Both the position numbers and the translations under genes were made by a program. The notes beneath the pieces are model-generated. The model made no database searches and was not told where the DNA came from. It saw only the letters and a list, made by a program, of their open reading frames with translations. Below, piece after piece: positions 57,736-64,000 of a stretch of DNA of 64,000 bases; the first letter of the stretch is position 1; every line of letters begins with the position of its first letter. The DNA is from an uncultured Thermodesulfobacteriota bacterium (lineage in GTDB: Bacteria > Desulfobacterota > Desulfarculia > JACQYL01). The stretch covers positions 94,777-158,776 of the forward strand of contig CAZQXK010000001.1 of NCBI GenBank assembly GCA_964597345.1, in the 5' to 3' direction.

Positions 57736-58149
57736 ATGGGTCCCAGCGTAATTCCAACTTAGCATGCCGATGGAGTCATGACAAACAGAAGGTCTGACAG
57801 TCCGTCAATAAACAGCATTGCAGGCAGGGCCGTCCATGAACACCGTGTGCGATGGGACCCTTATAGGCCACACTCGCAGGCCCTCGCCGGCTCCACACTC
57901 CGTCGCCCCCGAAAGACCCTCCGGCAACCCTTTTTCCCCTCGAAACGAAGGACCCCTCTTCGATTCCACGGAATCTCTTCACAATGGTCACACTCCCGAA
58001 ACCCTTAATTCGGACAGTTACGGTATAGGAAAGCCGTTGGGCCGGGGAGCGATTCATGCTCCCATCCAGTGGAAGTCCGCGTTTCCGGGGAAAAGGGTGG
58101 CTGGAAGAAGCGGTCGGACTCGAACATTCCCACGGAATACAGCTTGGAT

Positions 58150-60585
58150 ATGGGAGGGAGAACGCATTTGGAGCATCATCGGTCGTTGGCGCACCTTCTT
58201 CGCATTGCTTCGGGGAACGGGCGGATTCTTTCGATGCCGTTTTCAGGCGAGGATGTGACTGCGGGGGGGGAAGATGAAATGCAGGCGGCGGTGGAAGGAG
58301 ACCGGGCGGCGGTGGATCTTTCCTGCGCCATCGAATCCTCCGGTTTTTTCCGGAACCTGGTCAAGAGGCATCGTCGGGGAGAGATGCCCAAATGCGCCAT
58401 AACGGATCTGGAGGAATTCCTCAACAACAACCCGTCCCAAGTCTGGGAAAACAGTTGGGTGCGTTTTCCCGCCGGCGTCCTGAGCCGTTTCGCGGAAGAG
58501 ACGTTTCGGGAGGACCTGGCGGCCGACAAGCGAACCCCGCATGGTGGATCACGAAGAGACGCAGAGCAATTCGTGTTTCAACGAAATCAGGAAACCTGGT
58601 ACCGGCTTCCCGTAAGCTACCTCATGAAACTCGCCCTGGCGGAGCTTGTGGGTTGTGATCCCGGGATGCCCGTTCTAGTCCGGCAAACGGCCCGGACCGT
58701 CATGGCCCATTTCGTCAACGACAACACATCGCCCGAAACGGTTTCATTTTACGTGGCGCCGTTCCGGGCGGCGGAAGGTTTAGGCCGTGGGTTGGCTCGG
58801 GAGGCGGCCGAGCGGTATCTCTTGAGTCAGTTGCTCGTTCAGTACGCCGCCATACGATTCCGTCTCAGCGAAAACGGACAGACTCCCCTAGTCTACTATG
58901 CTCCTTTACCTCCCTTGAGGCAGAAGCGCCTCAATGAGTTGATCTCGGACAGCTTCTATCGTGAGTTGTTCATGAGCCCGTGCCTGAGCGGGTGGGATCG
59001 GGGCGAGGAAAAACACAGGTATATGCATTTGTGTCATATGGTGCTGAGCCGAAGTCAGTTGAACGCCGTAGCCAAGTTGCGGGAAGCCGGGATCATCACC
59101 AGCAATTTGGTAGTGTTGCCCAATATCTCCAACGTAAGCCTGGCCAACAACGGAACGCACATCAGTTTAGGAAGCCGGATGTTGGGAGCCCTGCTGTCCG
59201 ATCCTTCTTCCGGGTTTACGAGCCGGCATGAGAAGTACTTTGGGGACCTTGCCATCAAAATCATGGAGCATTTTGTCCCTCTGTTCGTCGGAACGTATAC
59301 GGCGGCCCCCTTTCGGTTGGCTTTCGAGGATTTTCATCCGGAGCGCGTCCTGGGATTTCTTCCTCATGAGTTGGATTATACGCATGTGCGCATGATCTGG
59401 CGTCGATGGCGGAAGAAGGCGTCCATAAGCGTCCTGGGAAGACCGCTTACCCCCTTCGGCCCTCCGGTGCTGGACCGTTGGGTGAGCCGGATTTTGGGCC
59501 TCACAGGGGACTGGGTGGCGGACTTCCGTTTGATGGACTACCTGGTGTGTCTGTTAAGTACGGACCGGTGTCCCGCATTGAATGGCGAGGTCGGGAATCA
59601 GGAGCGTTTGAAAAAGGATCTTTCGGATCAGGGCGTTTTCGATACGCAGATGGCCATGTATCTCCTTGTTCGCCAACGACTGTTTGCCGAGAAAGGGTTT
59701 TCGGGGTTTGAAGGCAGGTACTACAGTTCCTTTGTTTCTTTCTTCGAGGATTTGGGAAGAGCGGTTGAAATGCAGGCTATACTAACGGCCTTGTGCTTCA
59801 AGTATATGGTCTCTGGACGCGTCTCCCATGCCTTGATTCCGGACGCGCCCTGGGTGGAAAGCGAACGAAGGCAAGTGGTTTTCGGCACCGCCGTCGGCAT
59901 TCCTACTTTCTTTGTACGCAAGAACACGGGAAATCTGTTTCTGAAACGCATCATCGGAAAAACGCCTCAAGTGCGTTCCAGCACGCGGTATCCAGGCGCT
60001 TGGAGAGTGCGCAACCTGGAGTACCGGAAGGCCCTGGTGGACCTCCTCGACGAGGAAGCATCCGATTTGGCGGAGACTTTCGGGATTCAAGAAGGGTTTC
60101 AAGACCTGAGGCGACGTCTGGAGCGTCCCCATGAATACTCGGTAGCGGGAAGAATCACCCAACACATTCTGGAGGAGTTGAACGTCCGGGATCCGTTGGA
60201 CAGCTCTGCCGCCGAATTCAATCAAGCCGCGGAGCGAGTGTATCGGGAAATCCTCCGAAGAACACACCTTCGGGAAGCCTTTGAATTTTTCAAATCGGAT
60301 GTTCGAAAGTTGCAGGCGTCTCAATTCACCGGCGGCTCGTCTTTACGGGAGACACTCCGACATATTCTGGGTGAGCGGGACGGCGTCCGGATGGTGGAGG
60401 ATGCTGTACGGGTCGTCGAAGAAGGAAGGTGTCCGGAAGCGGATTTAGCCCGACTGATTCAATTACTGCTCCTGGCGGTTCATATGCACGCATCAAGGAC
60501 TAAGCGATGGAGAGAGGACTTCCTTGGAGGCAGATCGAGTGAAACATCAGTATATCGAGAGGAACTCCAACTCCGTACGGGATGA
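58150..60585 (+). CDS. large conserved hypothetical protein (about 812 aa), upstream of psd. Start uncertain (ORF open from 58069)
   Basis: Long uninterrupted ORF with codon usage typical of the window. No motif recognised. Confidence 0.5.
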   Translation: MGGRTHLEHHRSLAHLLRIASGNGRILSMPFSGEDVTAGGEDEMQAAVEGDRAAVDLSCAIESSGFFRNLVKRHRRGEMPKCAITDLEEFLNNNPSQVWENSWVRFPAGVLSRFAEETFREDLAADKRTPHGGSRRDAEQFVFQRNQETWYRLPVSYLMKLALAELVGCDPGMPVLVRQTARTVMAHFVNDNTSPETVSFYVAPFRAAEGLGRGLAREAAERYLLSQLLVQYAAIRFRLSENGQTPLVYYAPLPPLRQKRLNELISDSFYRELFMSPCLSGWDRGEEKHRYMHLCHMVLSRSQLNAVAKLREAGIITSNLVVLPNISNVSLANNGTHISLGSRMLGALLSDPSSGFTSRHEKYFGDLAIKIMEHFVPLFVGTYTAAPFRLAFEDFHPERVLGFLPHELDYTHVRMIWRRWRKKASISVLGRPLTPFGPPVLDRWVSRILGLTGDWVADFRLMDYLVCLLSTDRCPALNGEVGNQERLKKDLSDQGVFDTQMAMYLLVRQRLFAEKGFSGFEGRYYSSFVSFFEDLGRAVEMQAILTALCFKYMVSGRVSHALIPDAPWVESERRQVVFGTAVGIPTFFVRKNTGNLFLKRIIGKTPQVRSSTRYPGAWRVRNLEYRKALVDLLDEEASDLAETFGIQEGFQDLRRRLERPHEYSVAGRITQHILEELNVRDPLDSSAAEFNQAAERVYREILRRTHLREAFEFFKSDVRKLQASQFTGGSSLRETLRHILGERDGVRMVEDAVRVVEEGRCPEADLARLIQLLLLAVHMHASRTKRWREDFLGGRSSETSVYREELQLRTG

Positions 60586-60604
60586 ACGCCTTTTCGGAGA
60601 CGGA

Positions 60605-61561
60605 ATGGTTCGACTACTCTACTCCGGCCGGTTCGAAGACACGCATTTTGTCATGAAGGCGCTTTCCGGGGTACGGATGACCCGCTTGCTGGCCCTGCTC
60701 AATTTTGATTCGACCCTGACGACCCGGTTCACGGGGAGCCGCAGGTTCATGGAAGGGTTGGGGGTGAATTGCGAGGAATGTCTGGAAAGCGTGCGTACCC
60801 TGAACACGGCCAGAAAAATCTTCGAGCGGAAGATCCGCTATTGGGAATGTCGTCCCATGGCGCCGGATGCCGAGCACGTGACGGCCCCCGCGGACTCGCG
60901 TCTCTTGTTCGGTTCCTTTAGGGAAACCTCGCTGGTGTATGTGAAAGAGAAATTCTTCGACGTGGGGGAACTGGTCGGAGCGGATAATCCTCTTTGGGTG
61001 GACGCGTTCAATGCAGGTGATTTTGCCGTATTCCGACTGACCCCGGATAAGTACCACTACACGCACACCCCGGTGGCGGGCCGAGTATTGGATGTATATG
61101 AACTTCCGGGAGGATACCATTCCTGCAATCCGGGCGCCGTGCTCTCCTCCGTCCGGCCGTTTTCGAAAAACCGGCGTCTGGTGACCGTTTTGGACACGGA
61201 TGTGGCGGCGGGGACGTGCGTGGGTCTCGTGGCCATGGTGGAAATCGTTGCTTTGATGGTCGGAGGCATCCAGCAATGCTACAGTCCGACCCGGTATGAC
61301 ATGCCCCGAACGGTAAGACCCGGCATGTTCCTGCAAAAGGGATGCCCCAGGAGCCTGTTTCGGCCTGGTTCAAGTACGGTGGTGGTGCTGTTTCAGCCCG
61401 GCCGGATGGAATTCTGCGAAGATCTTCGATCCAACCGGCGTGCCGCCCACGTCTCCAGTCGGTTCAGTCTGGGGCTGGGGGAACCTCTGGTGGAAACCGA
61501 AGTACGGGTGCGCTCTACTATCGGAAGGGCGATACGGATGGGGGATAAGCGTGAGCAATGA
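60605..61561 (+). CDS. psd: phosphatidylserine decarboxylase proenzyme
   Basis: FRLTPDKYHYTHTPVAGRVLDVYELPGGYHSCNPGAVL / E. coli Psd [41 protein letters not shown]. Pyruvoyl-forming cleavage motif GSST(V) (KGCPRSLFRPGSSTVVVLF / KGQEMGRFKLGSTVINLF). Alternative ATG at 60524 would overlap the upstream gene by 62 nt. Confidence 0.8.
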   Translation: MVRLLYSGRFEDTHFVMKALSGVRMTRLLALLNFDSTLTTRFTGSRRFMEGLGVNCEECLESVRTLNTARKIFERKIRYWECRPMAPDAEHVTAPADSRLLFGSFRETSLVYVKEKFFDVGELVGADNPLWVDAFNAGDFAVFRLTPDKYHYTHTPVAGRVLDVYELPGGYHSCNPGAVLSSVRPFSKNRRLVTVLDTDVAAGTCVGLVAMVEIVALMVGGIQQCYSPTRYDMPRTVRPGMFLQKGCPRSLFRPGSSTVVVLFQPGRMEFCEDLRSNRRAAHVSSRFSLGLGEPLVETEVRVRSTIGRAIRMGDKREQ

Positions 61562-62591
61562 GGGATTTGTTCTCACCTTGGCGGTGTTGTTTGCGGTGGT
61601 TCTCCCCGTGGGGTTCCGGATGTTGCCCCGGGAGCGCTGGCAGATTCTGGCCTCCATCCCGATAAGGAAAGAGACCGGGGAACACTGGCACGGGATCAAT
61701 GTAACCTTTTACGGTGTTTTGACCGCCACGGCGTGCACGGGGGCTTCCGGGTTGTTTGTCCTGATGACCGCTGCGTGCGGGATCCAAGCCCGTGAAGTGA
61801 TCTGGTTTCTCATTCCGCTGCTGGCGGTCTGCATACCTTCATCCCGTTGGGTGGCCCGTATGGTGGAGGGCAAAGGGGATACGTTCACCGTCCAGGGGGC
61901 CATACTGACGGGTACGATCCTGGCTCCCCTGCTTTTTCTCGGGCTGGATCATGCCGCGGGACTTGCATTACCCGTAATTCCCCTTCTATCCGCGGCTTCC
62001 GTATCCCTGGTTATGGGAGAGGGACTGGGACGTCTGGCGTGCATCAGTTATGGATGCTGCTATGGGAAGCCCCTGAGCGCCTTTTCTCTCCCGTTAAGGA
62101 AGGTCCTTCGCCCTCTTGGGTGCACCTTCTACGGGAAGCGGAAGAAGATCGCTTATGAAGGGCGTCTGGAGGGAGAGAAAGTCGTGGCCGTTCAGGCGAT
62201 CACTTCGGTCTTATACGTCTGCACGGCCCTGGCTACGCTGTACCTCTTCCTGGAAGGCCGGTTTCTTCTCTCCTGGGTCGTGGCCGTGTTCGTATCCCAG
62301 GTTTGGAGACTCTTTTGCGAATTTCTCAGGGCTGATTACCGTGGGGAAGGGCGCTTTTCGGGGTACCAGATCATGGCGCTTTTTTTGTGCGCCGCAACGT
62401 GTGCGGCGGCCGCGCTTCTTCCTAACGAAAGTTACGGAAACCCCGTGGCGGCGTTCGGGCTTCGCACTCTGTTCAGCTTGGGACCGCTGATAGCTCTCCA
62501 GGGGCTCTGGGTCCTGGTGCTGTTGTACACGGGGTTAAGCCGGGCGACCTTTTCGGGGCTGACGTTCCATGTGCGTCCCGATCGGACGTGA
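61551..62591 (+). CDS. polytopic membrane protein, prolipoprotein diacylglyceryl transferase (Lgt)-like
   Basis: GTG start overlapping the psd stop (GTGAGCAATGA). Seven or more TM helices. GRLACISYGCCYGKP resembles the Lgt signature G-R-x-[GA]-N-x-x-N-x-E/C-x-x-G region. Assignment tentative. Confidence 0.4.
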   Translation: MSNEGFVLTLAVLFAVVLPVGFRMLPRERWQILASIPIRKETGEHWHGINVTFYGVLTATACTGASGLFVLMTAACGIQAREVIWFLIPLLAVCIPSSRWVARMVEGKGDTFTVQGAILTGTILAPLLFLGLDHAAGLALPVIPLLSAASVSLVMGEGLGRLACISYGCCYGKPLSAFSLPLRKVLRPLGCTFYGKRKKIAYEGRLEGEKVVAVQAITSVLYVCTALATLYLFLEGRFLLSWVVAVFVSQVWRLFCEFLRADYRGEGRFSGYQIMALFLCAATCAAAALLPNESYGNPVAAFGLRTLFSLGPLIALQGLWVLVLLYTGLSRATFSGLTFHVRPDRT

Positions 62592-62717
62592 TGTAAGGGG
62601 TGGTGCGTCGGCACGGGCGCAGGGTCCTGCAGGTCTCCAGGAACGCCGGCTGCGCGCCTGAGCCCGCGGAAGGCGGAAAGACATTCGAAGGAAAAAGGGA
62701 TCGCCGGTGGTGAGATA

Positions 62718-64000
62718 TCAATGCTCTGGGAAGGACAGGACTCTCCGTAAGGTATTGGCGAGCTGTTCCATGGAATACGGTTTTGCCAGGGATGCGCGGA
62801 ACCCGTAATCCTCGAAATGGTCCATAAGCGGGTCCGTGGCATATCCGCTGCACACGACGGCCCGCACCTCGGGGTCCAATTCCAGTAAATGCCGCAATGT
62901 GTCTTCTCCCCCCATGCCCCCAGTCACCGTGAGGTCCAGGATCACTGCATCAAAAGGGCGGCCCTCGATGCGGGCTTTCCGAAACAGATCAACGGCTTCT
63001 TCGCCGTTGCGGGCGGCAACGGCTTCAAATCCCAAGCGGGCCAGCATTTCGACCAGAAGGTGGCGGAGCATTTCCTCATCGTCCATGCAGAGGAGGCGCT
63101 TTTTCCACAGCTCCGTCTTTGGAAGAAGGCACGGATCGGATACCGGGCGGGGAAGGGCGGCGGGAAGGAACAATGCGAGTTCGGTGCCTGTTCCCACCCT
63201 TGATTCTACATGAATGGTTCCGCCATGCTTCTTGATCACGGAGTAAGCCATGGCGAGCCCCAAACCCAGACCCTTTACGCTCCCCCGTTCGTGGGTGGAA
63301 AAATACGGGTCGAAAATCCTGGACAGATGCTCCTCCGGTATCCCCACTCCACGATCCCGGATGGATATCCTCACGTAGTCATGATGTTTCGAGGCGACGC
63401 CGGTCAACGAATCTCTCTGTTCCCCGCTGAGGTTTTCCGCTTTCACGTGAATGGTACCGCCCATGGGCATGGACTGTCGTGCATTCTTGGTGATTTCATA
63501 CAGGACTTGGACCATCTGCCCCCAATCCACTTCGACGGGCCGGAGATCCGGGTCGAAGGAGAACTCGCTCCGTATGTCGGAGTCCGACAGAGCCATGGCC
63601 ACAGAGTCCTCGATCAACTTACGGGTGAGAACCGGTCGTCGTACCGGAGCCCCTCCCGTGGCGAATGTGATGAATTTCCGGGTAAGGTCTCGGGCCTTGT
63701 GCACGGCCTGCTCGGCCCCACTCAGCATCCGGAGCACTTGTGGGTCGTGGTTCAAAGAGAGGCGGGCCACTTCCACATTCCCCAGGATGATGGACAAGAG
63801 ATTGTTGAAGTCGTGCGCGATGCCTCCCGCCAGGGTCCCCACGGCCTCCAGCTTTCGGGTGTTGGCGAGCTGACGCTCCATGTTTCTTTGGAAGGTTATG
63901 TCGCGGACCATGACCAGCAACCGATCCACACCCCCGATACGCGCCTTTCTCAGGCTGAGTTCCACCCAGATGATATGTCCTTCGCGGTTCCGCAGAGTCC
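62718..64000 (-). CDS. hybrid sensor histidine kinase/response regulator (PAS-HisKA-HATPase-REC), 5'-truncated by window end
   Basis: H-box (GGIAHDFNNLL), N/G boxes (RDRGVGIP, GLGLGL) and C-terminal receiver (LLCMDDEEMLRHL...DLTVTGGMGGED). The reading frame is still open at position 64000 (upstream sequence reads ...HIIWVELSLRKA). Confidence 0.75.
   Translation of the reverse strand, partial: TLRNREGHIIWVELSLRKARIGGVDRLLVMVRDITFQRNMERQLANTRKLEAVGTLAGGIAHDFNNLLSIILGNVEVARLSLNHDPQVLRMLSGAEQAVHKARDLTRKFITFATGGAPVRRPVLTRKLIEDSVAMALSDSDIRSEFSFDPDLRPVEVDWGQMVQVLYEITKNARQSMPMGGTIHVKAENLSGEQRDSLTGVASKHHDYVRISIRDRGVGIPEEHLSRIFDPYFSTHERGSVKGLGLGLAMAYSVIKKHGGTIHVESRVGTGTELALFLPAALPRPVSDPCLLPKTELWKKRLLCMDDEEMLRHLLVEMLARLGFEAVAARNGEEAVDLFRKARIEGRPFDAVILDLTVTGGMGGEDTLRHLLELDPEVRAVVCSGYATDPLMDHFEDYGFRASLAKPYSMEQLANTLRRVLSFPEH

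Noticed and set aside
60524-60604. Longer psd start at ATG 60524
   Set aside because: It would overlap the upstream 812-aa gene by 62 nt. The ATG at 60605 begins just after the upstream stop. Left as an alternative.

Overview
This 64 kb window comes from a high-GC (about 62%) bacterial chromosome. Its gene content points to an anaerobe: corrinoid methyltransferases, radical SAM enzymes, hemerythrin, a GH57 hydrolase and TreT.

Genes are densely packed and often overlap by 1-8 nt. Many long ORFs in the six-frame track are antisense or repeat-derived artefacts of the high GC content.

Called features, in order:
- 3' end of glnA, followed by glnE.
- TIGR01212 radical SAM protein, MltB-like transglycosylase and an MBL-fold hydrolase.
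- A low-GC island of about 2.9 kb (7.4-10.3 kb) carrying an MntA/HepT toxin-antitoxin pair, a frameshifted dCTP deaminase, an Rx4-6H HEPN-like protein and small unknown ORFs.
- On the minus strand: a GNAT acetyltransferase, an MFS transporter, and a three-subunit xanthine-dehydrogenase/CoxLSM-type molybdoenzyme operon.
- A Cache-HAMP-PP2C phosphatase with RsbW-like and RsbV-like partner-switching proteins, plus an ABC substrate-binding protein.
- A corrinoid-dependent three-component methyltransferase operon (corrinoid protein, URO-D-family methyltransferase, MtrH-like methyltransferase). It is flanked by two DUF3795 Cys-rich proteins and a secreted FGE/SUMF1-domain protein.
- ADP-ribosylglycohydrolase, hemerythrin, an acidic lipoprotein, a radical SAM/SPASM enzyme and a PIN-PhoH ATPase.
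- A PHP-phosphoesterase::GT4 fusion.
- A truncated, motif-divergent CysRS paralogue sitting next to a six-hairpin hydrolase-like protein, a GT4 glycosyltransferase and a PfkB kinase. I regard this as the best candidate for an undescribed pathway: a MshC-like cysteine ligase in a glycoside or low-molecular-weight-thiol pathway.
- Hsp20, an S2P/CBS protease and a LuxR-type response regulator.
- A trehalose cluster: TreT, a hypothetical protein, TreY, GH57 and TreZ.
- PolX and a DUF72 protein.
- A large unknown 812-aa protein followed by psd and an Lgt-like membrane protein.
- A 5'-truncated hybrid sensor kinase at the window edge.

The most conspicuous non-genic signal is a family of at least 11 copies of an imperfect-palindromic intergenic repeat of about 145 bp. 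It occurs in both orientations, including inside operons. Coordinates of repeats and some start codons are approximate.
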